Shown in pieces: positions 37,698-47,149 of a stretch of DNA of 64,000 nt (position 1 is the first letter of the stretch; each line of letters starts with the position of its first letter). The stretch comes from Planctomycetota bacterium (GTDB lineage Bacteria; Planctomycetota; UBA1135; UBA2386), in contig JADJPQ010000004.1 of the NCBI GenBank assembly GCA_016713175.1, positions 372,278 through 436,277 on the forward strand, in the 5' to 3' direction. The notes beneath the pieces were generated by a model. The model saw only the letters and a list, made by a program, of their open reading frames with translations. It was not told the origin of the DNA and searched no databases. Made by a program: the position numbers and the translations under genes.

Positions 37698-39884
37698 TCA
37701 ACGATGCAGCGGTATCCGATACCTCACCAACCGGATGCCGTGCCTCTCCTGGGTCGCGGTCTGGGTGATGCCACCGGGGCCATTCGCCCCTGGGAACGCC
37801 ACCAGCGGCGGCGCCCGGTACGTGTCCGCCATCAGCCACTCGCTGGCATTGCCGCGGATCCAATGCGCGCCGCACGTCGACTTGTCCGTGTGCGGCGGAG
37901 CGTCGACCGGCAGGCGCTCGCCAGGGGGCCGGGTTTCGCCGATGGCCCCCGCGGCGGCCCGTTCCCAATGCCCTCGCGTCGGCAGCATGGCACCCAGGGA
38001 GGTCGCCAGGCGCCACGCTGCCCAGAAGTCGGCAAGTGCCGGCAGCGTGGACCTGATTCCGGCGGCAGGCGTCGCCAGCATGGCGGGCAACGCGTCGGCG
38101 GGTTCTTGCGGGTGCGCGTTGTTCGACAGGTGGTCACCCGCCAGCGCTTCGCGGGTGTGCAGCTTCAAGAACGCGCCAAAGGGCCCTTCTCCGAACTCAT
38201 GACGGAGCACGAAGAGGGGCGCACCATCGGTTGCGATGCCGACCGTCGGCGCGGGCGGAACCGGCAGCCAGGGTTCGCCGGGAAGCCAGTTGCGCAGGCC
38301 CTCGAGCGTGTGGCGGACCGCGGTCCAGGGGGCCTGGGCTGCAGCGGGTTCCTCGGTCGGGCCGGCGGGTGCGAACTCGCGCAGATAGAACAGGCACAGT
38401 GGGTCTTGTTCGTCCCACCACAGCGAAGCGTGAACCGGCACGACCAGCAGCCAGGTGTAGCCGGGCCGTGCCAGCAGCGTCGTGCCGGCGATGGGCCTGA
38501 CGAACGTATCCAGTGACGGCGGCGGGTCGGTGACACTGCACAACGCGACCTGGAACGTGTCGGTGGCAGCGATTTCGACGGCCGCGAGGCCGCAGGTCCG
38601 GGCCATGTGTCGCAAGGCGTCCGGGGCATCGGCGAGCCGCTCGTTCAGCGGTTGCAGCAGGTCGTCCTGACGGCGCGGCGACAGTGCGTGCCACATCCGC
38701 AGCAGGTCCGGATCGCGGTCGCGGGCCGCAGTGGCGAGGCTGGCGGCGCGGTTGCGATCGAGCAGCCAGTCGCGGACCAGGAGCCCACCGACGGCCAGCG
38801 CAGCCACGGTCAGCGTGAGCAGCACCGCGCGCCGATGGTGACGCCAGGTCCGGCCGACCGAGAACGGAATGTGGATCGGCAGCTGCCGCTCGCAGCGCAG
38901 CAGATCGGCCAGCAAGGCCGCGGCATCGGGGTAGCGATCGCGCGGGTCGAGCTCGAGTGCCCGCGTCAGCACCTGCGTCAGTGGCCGCGGCAGGTCCGGC
39001 CGGAGGCGGGACAGGCGGGGCAGCCGCCAGGTCGACGGTGGTTCCATCGGCCGTTGGTGCAGTGGCGACCAGCCCGTCAGGCAGTCGAACAATGTTGCGC
39101 CGAGGGAGAACACATCGGACGCGGCCGTGCACCGGCCGGCGCCGGCCTGTTCCGGGCTCCAATAGTGCGGCGTGCCCGAACGGTGGTCGACGCGCGTGAT
39201 GGTCGACACTCCCTCCTGGTGCGCCATGCCGAAGTCGGTGATCACGGCGCGAATGCCGTCGTCGACCAGCATCACGTTGGCCGGCTTGATGTCGCGATGG
39301 ATCAGGTTGATCGCATGCAGGTGGTCGAGGCCACGGGCGATCTGCAGGCCGATGCCGATCACCCAGTCGGTGTGGTCCTTGGTTCGCAGGCCAGCAGGCA
39401 CGTCGTCGGGGCGGAGTGTTCGCGACGGGGCGATGCGTTCGCGCTCATCCGGCGACAACACGCGGGTCGCGTCGGGATCGCTCGGCGGAGTGGTCGTCGG
39501 TGTGACCTGCGCGGCGTCTGCTGGCAGCGGCATCCGGGCGATGCCGGCGCGCCGGTTGCACTCCTTCGCCAGGCTCTCGCCGGCCAGCAGGTCCATCACC
39601 AGATAGGAAGCACTCGCCGTGGTCAGCAGTTCGTGCACGGCGACGACATGTGGTGAGTCGACGGTCTGCAGCAGCCGGGCCTCACGGCGCAAGCGGGCGA
39701 TCGCGTCGGGCTGGTGGCGGTCGAGATCGTCGTGGCGGACGACCTTGATGGCGAATCGCCGTTCGTCGGCCAGTCGAACGCCGAGCATCACGTCGGCCTG
39801 GGCACCGCGGCCGAGTCGACCGAGCAGGCGGTAGCCGGGCGGATCCTGTTCGGGCTGTTGCCGTTCGTGCGCGCTCACCATCAC
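37698..39884 (-). CDS. Ser/Thr protein kinase with a TM helix and a C-terminal formylglycine-generating-enzyme (FGE/SUMF1)-like domain
   Basis: Kinase motifs (AIKVV, HRDIKPANVML, DFGMA, GTPHYWSPEQ). TM segment AVLLTLTVAALAVGGLLV. C-terminal GHWERAAAGA...CGAHWIRGNASEWLMADTY matches the FGE GxxDMsGNvwEW signature. Confidence 0.75.
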   Translation of the reverse strand: MMVSAHERQQPEQDPPGYRLLGRLGRGAQADVMLGVRLADERRFAIKVVRHDDLDRHQPDAIARLRREARLLQTVDSPHVVAVHELLTTASASYLVMDLLAGESLAKECNRRAGIARMPLPADAAQVTPTTTPPSDPDATRVLSPDERERIAPSRTLRPDDVPAGLRTKDHTDWVIGIGLQIARGLDHLHAINLIHRDIKPANVMLVDDGIRAVITDFGMAHQEGVSTITRVDHRSGTPHYWSPEQAGAGRCTAASDVFSLGATLFDCLTGWSPLHQRPMEPPSTWRLPRLSRLRPDLPRPLTQVLTRALELDPRDRYPDAAALLADLLRCERQLPIHIPFSVGRTWRHHRRAVLLTLTVAALAVGGLLVRDWLLDRNRAASLATAARDRDPDLLRMWHALSPRRQDDLLQPLNERLADAPDALRHMARTCGLAAVEIAATDTFQVALCSVTDPPPSLDTFVRPIAGTTLLARPGYTWLLVVPVHASLWWDEQDPLCLFYLREFAPAGPTEEPAAAQAPWTAVRHTLEGLRNWLPGEPWLPVPPAPTVGIATDGAPLFVLRHEFGEGPFGAFLKLHTREALAGDHLSNNAHPQEPADALPAMLATPAAGIRSTLPALADFWAAWRLATSLGAMLPTRGHWERAAAGAIGETRPPGERLPVDAPPHTDKSTCGAHWIRGNASEWLMADTYRAPPLVAFPGANGPGGITQTATQERHGIRLVRYRIPLHR

Positions 39885-40302
39885 TTCCGACTCTTCTCCC
39901 GCACTGCGGGACTGCCGAGAGCATAGCCGGATGTGCGCTTCCCGCCAGGGGATGGCCCCGCGCGTCTCGTGTGCGCGTCAGTTCCCTGCGCCGCGAGTGC
40001 TGGCGCTGTCCGCTCTGGCTACGCCGCTTGCTGGCGTGCCGCCGTTCGACGCCAGAACAACAGGCCGAGGCCGAACGCGAACGGCAGCAGCGGGAACAGC
40101 AACGGCCAGGTCGCTGACGGTTCGTTGTCGAGCGTGCACTGCGTCGACCCGACCGTCGCTCGTCGACCTGAACGTCGTGCACGGCGCCACCACGACCGGG
40201 GGCGCGGAGCGGCGGGGCAGCGGGAGGCAACCTACCGGCGGCGGTCGGGATTGTTCTCCCTGCCCGCAACTCGCCGGAAATCGGTACTATCGGACCGCGA
40301 AC

Positions 40303-41613
40303 ATGCGGGTCGCTGCGATGGTGTTGTGGTCGTGCGTCGCCGTACCGGCTCAGGGCAGTACCGTACCCGGCAAGCCGTTCGCGATCCGCGTGCACTTCCA
40401 GGACGATGCGATCGCGCAGCACGCGGCCGAACTGGCGGCAGCGACCTGGGCGTTCGGCAAGACCGCGTTGCGGCTGGATCCGGCAACGGTCGATCGCAGC
40501 AAATTCGAGGTCCACATCTACCGCGATGCCAAGGCCTACCATGCGGCGGGCGAACGGCTGCGGTCGGTGCACCATCGCGATGCCCCGGGTTTCGCCGACT
40601 TCAAGTCGAAGTCCGCACACTTCCTGCTCGAGGAAGCGCTCGACGAGCCGGGTTTGCCCGAGCATGCGCAGCGGCTGTTGGTGCACGAGTGCATGCACCT
40701 GGCGACCTATGCCGGCAATCCGGGTTCGGCGTTCCTGCCCGAGTGGTACATCGAGGGCCTGGCGCTGTGGACGGAAGGCGAAGTGTTGCGGCAGCGGCTG
40801 GCGCTGGCTGCGGTCGACGATGACCCGTATGAACAGCGCTACAACCAGCACGCGCAGAAGGCGATCGCGGCGGGGGAGTTCCCGACGCTGCGGCAGATCA
40901 TGGCGCAAGACCTGAAGGGCGTGACCCGCCGGCAACGCTATGTGGTCTACCGGCAGTTGCTGCGGTTCCTGCACGGTCGCGGCGATCTCGCGGCGCGGTT
41001 GTGGGGCGCCAGCAACATTGCGTGGGGGCCTGCGGTCGTCGAGCGCTTGCGCGACCTGGTCGCCGCGGAGACGAACGGTGGGCTCGATGCGCTCGACGAG
41101 GAACTGCGGGCGTTCGTCGGCAAGCGTGCGGTGCCGGCGCCACAACCGGCGGTGCCGGTGCCGGTCGCCGATGCGCAGGGTCAGCCGGGGCAGCCGGGGT
41201 TCTTGCCGGGATCACCACAGGTTCGCTGGGTCGGGACGCATGGTCGGCGCGAACTGGAGTTCTCGGCCTCGGTGACGCTGCGCGGACAGGTGCCGCAGGC
41301 GGACCTGGCGTTCGAACGCGGCGGCGAACGTTGGCTGCGCGTGACGATCCATGGTGGCGACGGGATCCACGTCAGCGAACGACAACCAGACGGCGCGTGG
41401 CGCGAACTCGGTGTCCACCTCGCAGCGGCGGAAGTGGTGGCCGACAAGCCGATCCAGATCCGCGTGCTGGCCCGCGCCGGCAAGCTGGAGGTCGAACTGG
41501 CGAAGAAGCGCGTGCTGGCGATCCCGATCGCCGGCCTCGATCTGCAGTGTCGCTGGGGACTCGGCGGGCCGATCGGCAGCAGGGCGCGCTGGTCGGATGT
41601 CCGCGTGAAGTGA
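40303..41613 (+). CDS. Hypothetical secreted protein with an HEXXH motif (possible zinc metallopeptidase)
   Basis: Signal peptide MRVAAMVLWSCVAVPAQG. A LVHECMHLATY (HExxH) motif followed by EWYIEGLALWTEG, which may supply the third ligand. Start chosen at the signal-peptide Met, because the track ORF extends upstream. Confidence 0.45.
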   Translation: MRVAAMVLWSCVAVPAQGSTVPGKPFAIRVHFQDDAIAQHAAELAAATWAFGKTALRLDPATVDRSKFEVHIYRDAKAYHAAGERLRSVHHRDAPGFADFKSKSAHFLLEEALDEPGLPEHAQRLLVHECMHLATYAGNPGSAFLPEWYIEGLALWTEGEVLRQRLALAAVDDDPYEQRYNQHAQKAIAAGEFPTLRQIMAQDLKGVTRRQRYVVYRQLLRFLHGRGDLAARLWGASNIAWGPAVVERLRDLVAAETNGGLDALDEELRAFVGKRAVPAPQPAVPVPVADAQGQPGQPGFLPGSPQVRWVGTHGRRELEFSASVTLRGQVPQADLAFERGGERWLRVTIHGGDGIHVSERQPDGAWRELGVHLAAAEVVADKPIQIRVLARAGKLEVELAKKRVLAIPIAGLDLQCRWGLGGPIGSRARWSDVRVK

Positions 41614-41616
41614 CGC

Positions 41617-43653
41617 TCACCCTTCCCGCAGCACCTGCTGCAGCGCTTCGATCGCCGGCAGCAGATCCTGCCGATCTTCCAACAGCGGCCGCAGCAGATC
41701 ACCGCGTTCGCTCACCCGGCCCGGCATGTTGAAGATCGAGAAGCGCGACGGATGCAGATCGTCGTCCTCGAGTTCATCCCACGCCAGCGGCGCCGACACT
41801 TGCGCTCCGCGGACCGGCCGCGCCGAATATGGCGGCACGATCGTCTGGCTGCGCCGGTTCTGCAGGAAGTCGAGGTAGACCTTGCCATCGCGAGCGTCGG
41901 GCAGCCGTTCGACCGTCGCGATCGACGGCAGTTGCCGCACCAGCACGCGCGCCACCGCCTCGGTGAACATCTTGCTGTGGTCGTAGGAGTAGCCCGGCTG
42001 CAGCGGGATCACGATGTGGATGCCCTTCTTGCCCGAGGTCTTCAGCAGCGGCCGCAATCCGATCCCGCGCAGCAGCTTGCCGGCCGCGCGCGCGATCCGC
42101 ACCACGTGTGGCCAAGGCGCTTCCTTGGGATCGAGGTCGAGCAGTGCGAAGTCCGGCGCGTCCGGCGTCGCCGCGCGCGACAGCCACGGATGCAGGTCGA
42201 TCGAGCCCAGATTGATCGCGTACAGCAACTGTTCGCGCGTGTCGATCACATGGTGCGGTGTGACGCCGCCATCGTGCGGGACCGGTGTGGTCCGGACCCA
42301 ATCCGGCGTGCCATCCTTGGCCTCGCGTTGATAGAACGATTTGCCGTCGATGCCGTCGGGAAAGCGGTTCAGGTGCACCGGCCGGTCGCGCAGATGCGGC
42401 AACAGCACGTCGGCGATCTGGTCGTAGTAGGCCAGCAGGTCGCCTTTGGTGTAGCCCTCGGCCGGCCACCAGACCTTGTCGAGGTTGGTCAGCCGCACGC
42501 GCGAACGGGCGGTCGGCGGTCGTGTCGCGGTGGGCGCGGCTCGCGGGGCCGCCGCGGGGTTGCTGCCGACCGGGATGCGCAACCAGTCGGCGGACGGACC
42601 GTCGACGAAGGCGCCGGTTGCGCGCTTGCCGACTGCCGCCGGCAATCCTGCTTGGGCGATCACGTCGAGCAGTTGCGGGCCGCTGCCGGTGACGTGGTCG
42701 ACGTACAGTACCCCAGGGTTTGGCGCGACGATCGCACGGAGCGCCGCCTTGCGATCGAGCAGCGGCAACGGCCGCAGGTCGTAGTCCTCCCAGAACAGCA
42801 GATCGAAGGCGTAGAACACGACGCCGTGGCCATCGCCGGCCAGCGCGCGGGCGAGGGACTCGCGACAGGGTCGTTGCGCCGCATCGAGGGCCACCAGCAC
42901 TCCATCGAGCACCGCCGATTCGGCCCGCAGGCGAAGTGCGCCATGAGCGACTGCGGGCGGCAATGGGACTCCGCGCACGTCGATCGCATCGCCGCGCTTC
43001 TGCAGCAACGCGCGCTGGCCGATGAACTCCATCTCGAACAACCAGCCCGGATCGACGAACGGACCGGCGGTGCCGCCGATGCGTTGTTGGCCTGGAGCTG
43101 CGAGGAACGGCGACTCCGGCGCATGGCCGAGTTCGACTCCGAGCGCGCTGTCGCGCGAGGTTCCGGCGTAGCGGTCCTTGCTCTTGAACAGCAGCCAGGT
43201 GTTCTTGCCCTGCGTCGTCTTGACCAGATGCCACTCGCCGCGCAGCCGGCGCCCGCGCAGCACGATCTTGACTTCGCCGAGCTGCATCGCCGTTGGCCAG
43301 TCCGGCACCTTGACCAGGTCGTAACGGCCGCGATCCCAGATCTGCATCGTGCCGGCGCCGTACTGTCCCCGCGGGATGCGGCCGTGGAAATGTTCGTATT
43401 CCAACGGATGGTCCTCCGTCTGCACCGCCAGTCGCTTGTCGCCGGGGTCGTACGAGAACCCCTTGGGCACGGCCCACGAACGCAACACGCCGCCGGTCTC
43501 GAGCCTGAGGTCGTAGTGCAGGTTGCGGGCTTCGTGACGGTGTACGACGAACACCGGCGCGCGCGGCGCGGCCGCGTCGGCCGGACCGCCAGTCGGTTCG
43601 GGCGTCGCGTCGAAGTCGCGCTTCTTGCGGTAGTCGTCGAGCGGGTCGGCCAT
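41617..43653 (-). CDS. ligD: LigD-like NHEJ protein: 3'-phosphoesterase domain + degenerate ligase nucleotidyltransferase module + primase-polymerase domain
   Basis: Phosphoesterase domain (DPLDDYRKKRDFDATPEP, FVVHRHEARNLHYDLRLE, VKIVLRGRRLRGEWHLVKT). Polymerase domain (RLTNLDKVWWP...KSFYQRE...IDLHPW...LLDLDP...KTSGKKGIHIVIPL). The central region aligns to ligase motifs I–V, but motif I reads FEMEFIGQR instead of FExKxDGxR. Start at MADPLDDY. Confidence 0.75.
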   Translation of the reverse strand: MADPLDDYRKKRDFDATPEPTGGPADAAAPRAPVFVVHRHEARNLHYDLRLETGGVLRSWAVPKGFSYDPGDKRLAVQTEDHPLEYEHFHGRIPRGQYGAGTMQIWDRGRYDLVKVPDWPTAMQLGEVKIVLRGRRLRGEWHLVKTTQGKNTWLLFKSKDRYAGTSRDSALGVELGHAPESPFLAAPGQQRIGGTAGPFVDPGWLFEMEFIGQRALLQKRGDAIDVRGVPLPPAVAHGALRLRAESAVLDGVLVALDAAQRPCRESLARALAGDGHGVVFYAFDLLFWEDYDLRPLPLLDRKAALRAIVAPNPGVLYVDHVTGSGPQLLDVIAQAGLPAAVGKRATGAFVDGPSADWLRIPVGSNPAAAPRAAPTATRPPTARSRVRLTNLDKVWWPAEGYTKGDLLAYYDQIADVLLPHLRDRPVHLNRFPDGIDGKSFYQREAKDGTPDWVRTTPVPHDGGVTPHHVIDTREQLLYAINLGSIDLHPWLSRAATPDAPDFALLDLDPKEAPWPHVVRIARAAGKLLRGIGLRPLLKTSGKKGIHIVIPLQPGYSYDHSKMFTEAVARVLVRQLPSIATVERLPDARDGKVYLDFLQNRRSQTIVPPYSARPVRGAQVSAPLAWDELEDDDLHPSRFSIFNMPGRVSERGDLLRPLLEDRQDLLPAIEALQQVLREG

Positions 43654-43756
43654 CGGATCGGCAGTTCGGCACCGGTGCATGCCTGTTGCAACCGTCCACG
43701 TGGGGCGGCGGCGGGCGTGGCCGTAATCGCCAGTGGACCACGATACGGAACCAGAC

Positions 43757-44380
43757 ATGAAACGACTGCTCCTTGTGTGTGCGATGTTCGCCGGCCTGCT
43801 GTCGGCCCAGGAAGAACCCCGGCAGAAGCCCGAGCGCGAGGCGCCGCGGGCCGAGATCCGCGAACGGGTGCGCGAGCGCCTGGAAGCCGTGCGCGAGCGG
43901 GCCGCGGCGGGGCAGGAACGCGCCGGCGAATGGCGTGAGCGGGCCGAGAAGCTGCGCGAGCAGCTCCGGCAACGCCAAGACCAGCGCGCCGGCGGTGAGC
44001 CGGGCGCTCGGCCGGGCCGCGGCTTCGGTCCGGTGCGGGCGGGCGGTTTCGGCGGTCCGGGCCGGGGCGCGTTCGGTCGACCGGGTCAGGGCGGTCCGCC
44101 GCCGGAGGTGATCGAGCGACTGCGTCGGATGGAGCGCCGCCTGGCCGAACTCCGGCAGCGCCTCGAGCAGCGGCAGGGTGGTGAAGCATCGCGCGGCGGT
44201 CGCGGCGAACGCGGCCGGCGCGGTGGCGACCGACGGCCTGGCGAACGTGGTCAGCGGGGCGAGCGCCGCGGCGGCAGCGAGCGCGGTCCCGGCGCCGAGC
44301 GCGGTGACCGGCGCGGCGGCCAGCAGCGCGGCCGCAGCGAGCGCCGCCGCGGTGGCGGCGATGAGGTGGTGGCGGTCTGA
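43757..44380 (+). CDS. Secreted low-complexity Arg/Glu/Gly-rich protein
   Basis: Signal peptide MKRLLLVCAMFAGLLSAQ followed by RE-rich helical repeats (RERVRERLEAVRERAAAGQERAGEWRERAEKLREQLRQRQ) and RGG/GRG-rich segments. Divergent from ligD. Confidence 0.45.
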   Translation: MKRLLLVCAMFAGLLSAQEEPRQKPEREAPRAEIRERVRERLEAVRERAAAGQERAGEWRERAEKLREQLRQRQDQRAGGEPGARPGRGFGPVRAGGFGGPGRGAFGRPGQGGPPPEVIERLRRMERRLAELRQRLEQRQGGEASRGGRGERGRRGGDRRPGERGQRGERRGGSERGPGAERGDRRGGQQRGRSERRRGGGDEVVAV

Positions 44381-44482
44381 GCGATTGCCGACCGCCTGGC
44401 CCAAAATGGGCCGACCGGATTTCGCGCGCGCCGGGCGCCGTTCGTAGACTCGGCGCCCTTCCCAACCTCTGCGCAATCCGGC

Positions 44483-46141
44483 ATGAACCTGACTGCTCCG
44501 TCGACCGCCAAGGTCGCCTTCCTCGGCGCGCTGCTCTGCGCGCCGGTCTTCGCCCAGCAACACAAGGATCTGGGCCGCATGTGGACCTTCGAGAACGCGC
44601 CGATGGCGTGGTTCCAGGAGGCTTATGACTTCAAGCCATCCAAGGAGTGGCTCGAGCACGCGCAACTGTCGGCGCTGCGCTTTGGTCGCGGCTGTTCGGC
44701 GTCGTTCGTCAGCCCCGAAGGGCTGATCATGACCAACCACCACTGCGCCCGTGACAACATCGCGCAGGTCAGTGCCAAGGATCAGGACTGGTTGCGCGAC
44801 GGCTTCTATGCCGGCAGCTACGACAACGAAGTGAAACTGCCGGGACTGACCGTGCAGCAACTGCTGGCGACCAAGGACATCACCGCCGACATCAACGGCA
44901 AGATCGCCGCCGGCAAGTCGGTCGCCGATGCGACCGCCGAGGCGCAGAAGGAGGCCGAGACCGCCGATCCGACGCGTACGCACCAGATCGTCACGCTGTA
45001 CCAGGGCGGCATGTTCCAGCTCTACAGCTACCGGATCTGGGACGACATCCGACTGGTCTGTGCGCCGCACGGCCAGAGCGCGCATTTCGGCGGCGATCCG
45101 GACAACTTCTGCTTCCCGCGCTGGGGCCTCGACTTCACGTTCGTCCGCGCCTACGTCGACGGCAAGCCGGCCGACACCAGCCAGCACTTCTTCGGCTGGA
45201 ACACTGCGGGCGCCAAGGAGGGCGAACTGGTGTTCGTGGTCGGCAATCCGGGGCGCACCGGTCGCCTGCAGACCTTTGCGCAGTGCGAGTTCCTGCGCGA
45301 TCACTTCTATCCGACGCAGCTCGCCGGCATCCGCAGTCGGCTCGCCGATCTGAACGCCGCCGAGGACAAGGACGATCCGAAGAAGCGCGCCGAGATTCTG
45401 CGCTTCGAGAACACGCGCAAGGCGTTCGAGGGCTTCCTCGCTGGTCTGCAGGACGAGCGGATCATGGGCATCAAGCGCGCGGCCGAGGCGGCGATCCGGA
45501 AGGCGGTCAGCGAGAATGCCGAACTGCAGAAGAAGTACGGCGACGCCTGGGACAAGATCGCGGAGCTGCAGGCCAAGAAAGCCGAAGTGTTCGGCACTCC
45601 TGAGGCCGCCAAGGCGATGCCCGGTCTGCAGGACCAGGAACGCCTCGAGCAGAAGCGCATCGGCGAAGCGTTCTTCGCGGTGCATGGCACCAACATTCCG
45701 CCCGACGCGACGCTGACGCTGCGGCTGTCGGATGGCGTCGTCAAGGGCTACAAGATGAACGGCACGGTGGCGCCGCACTTCACGTCGCTGTACGGCCTGT
45801 TCGCGCGGCACACCGAGTTCGGCGGCAAGTATCCGTTCGACCTGCCCAAGGCCTGGCTCGATGCCAAGGACAAGCTCGACCTGACCACGCCGTTCAACTT
45901 TGCGCACACCAATGACATCATCGGCGGCAACTCCGGTTCGCCGGTGCTCGACAAGGACCTGAAGGTGATCGGCCTGATCTTCGATGGCAACATCGAGAGC
46001 CTCGGCAACAACTACGTCTTCGACGACGAGGTCGCCCGCTCGGTCTCGGTGCACCCGGCAATCATCATCGAGTCGCTGCGCAAGATCTACGGCGCCGGCA
46101 AGCTGGCGGACGAGATCGAGAACGGCGGCAAGAAGCAGTAG
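44483..46141 (+). CDS. Peptidase S46 family dipeptidyl-peptidase (DPP7/DPP11-like), secreted
   Basis: Signal peptide. S46 hallmarks: the His region MTNHHCA, an Asp region, and catalytic Ser in IIGGNSGSPVLD. Overall length is 552 aa. Confidence 0.85.
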   Translation: MNLTAPSTAKVAFLGALLCAPVFAQQHKDLGRMWTFENAPMAWFQEAYDFKPSKEWLEHAQLSALRFGRGCSASFVSPEGLIMTNHHCARDNIAQVSAKDQDWLRDGFYAGSYDNEVKLPGLTVQQLLATKDITADINGKIAAGKSVADATAEAQKEAETADPTRTHQIVTLYQGGMFQLYSYRIWDDIRLVCAPHGQSAHFGGDPDNFCFPRWGLDFTFVRAYVDGKPADTSQHFFGWNTAGAKEGELVFVVGNPGRTGRLQTFAQCEFLRDHFYPTQLAGIRSRLADLNAAEDKDDPKKRAEILRFENTRKAFEGFLAGLQDERIMGIKRAAEAAIRKAVSENAELQKKYGDAWDKIAELQAKKAEVFGTPEAAKAMPGLQDQERLEQKRIGEAFFAVHGTNIPPDATLTLRLSDGVVKGYKMNGTVAPHFTSLYGLFARHTEFGGKYPFDLPKAWLDAKDKLDLTTPFNFAHTNDIIGGNSGSPVLDKDLKVIGLIFDGNIESLGNNYVFDDEVARSVSVHPAIIIESLRKIYGAGKLADEIENGGKKQ

Positions 46142-46189
46142 CTCGGGTCCCGGCGTCGAAACGAACGGCGCCGATTCACGCCGTCGCGC

Positions 46190-47149
46190 TCAGGGCAGCG
46201 GCGCGCGCAACGCCGCCCGCAGCCGTTCTTGCTCGGCAGGCGACAGTTCGTCGGCGAGCAGACCGTGTCGCAGCAGGAAGTCGATCACGACCAGGCTGCA
46301 GTTCGGCTTGAACCGCTGACTGTCCCGCGCGATCGCAAGGACCTCGGTGGCCGCGAGCAGGCGAAAGCCGGCCATCTCGCCATCGATCGGCCTGGGCACG
46401 AAGTCAGCCGGCAGCTCGAGGTCGAAGCAGAACAACGTGTCCGGCTTCAGTCGCCGTTCGTCCTGGGTCACGTAGGTGATCGTGCTGGCCAGGACGGCCT
46501 GCTGCACCAGCGCCGCGCCGATGCCTGCCTCTTCCGCACATTCCTTCTGGAGGTTTTCGCGCAGCGTCAGGCCGAACGGCTGACCGCCGGCCACCAGGTT
46601 GTCGAGGCGACCGGGGAACGTCGGTTTGTCGTGCGCGCGCTCGCCGAGCCACAGCCAGAGGCCACCGTTGCGGCGCACGAAACCGTTCAGGTGCACGCCA
46701 GACGGCCGGACGCCAAGCCACGGCACCGCGACGCGTTCGACCGTCGCCAGCGGATCGGCGCCGAAGGTCGTGGCGACCGGGTAGCGTTCGCCGGTCGGCT
46801 GGCGGATGCGGCGTGCGCGCGCCAACGCCGCCGTCAGACGGTCGAGCGCCGCCACGCACTCGGCGAAGCCGGTGGCCTGCAGCCGCAGCGCTGCGCCGTC
46901 GCGAACGAACTCGGGCGCCAGCCGCTGCAGTTCGTCGACGTGCGCTTCGTGTACGAAGCCGGCGACCTGCGCGCCGATCGTCCACGGGACGAACTGCCGC
47001 AGGTCGGCGTTGTGATTGTCGGCAATGCGATCGAAGTAACCGATGGCCGCAGCTTGCCGCGGCGCCGCGTCCGGCGCCAGCCGTTCAGCGGCGGCGCTGC
47101 GCGCGCGCCTGGCCGCCGGCGAGTCCCTGCAGGCCGGAGAACACCGCAT
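46190..47149 (-). CDS. NUDIX hydrolase family protein
   Basis: Nudix box GGQPFGLTLRENLQKECAEEAGI (GX5EX7REUXEEXGU). Start uncertain: the track start overlaps the upstream gene end (47085) by 65 nt, so a downstream TTG/GTG start near 47083 is plausible. Confidence 0.55.
   Translation of the reverse strand: MRCSPACRDSPAARRARSAAAERLAPDAAPRQAAAIGYFDRIADNHNADLRQFVPWTIGAQVAGFVHEAHVDELQRLAPEFVRDGAALRLQATGFAECVAALDRLTAALARARRIRQPTGERYPVATTFGADPLATVERVAVPWLGVRPSGVHLNGFVRRNGGLWLWLGERAHDKPTFPGRLDNLVAGGQPFGLTLRENLQKECAEEAGIGAALVQQAVLASTITYVTQDERRLKPDTLFCFDLELPADFVPRPIDGEMAGFRLLAATEVLAIARDSQRFKPNCSLVVIDFLLRHGLLADELSPAEQERLRAALRAPLP

Noticed and set aside
41752-46054. 1426-aa minus-strand and 728-aa plus-strand ORFs across ligD and the S46 peptidase gene
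   Set aside because: Both are in alternative frames of genes with strong homology-type motifs (LigD phosphoesterase and polymerase domains, S46 catalytic triad). Composition is Arg/Ala/Gly-rich noise.
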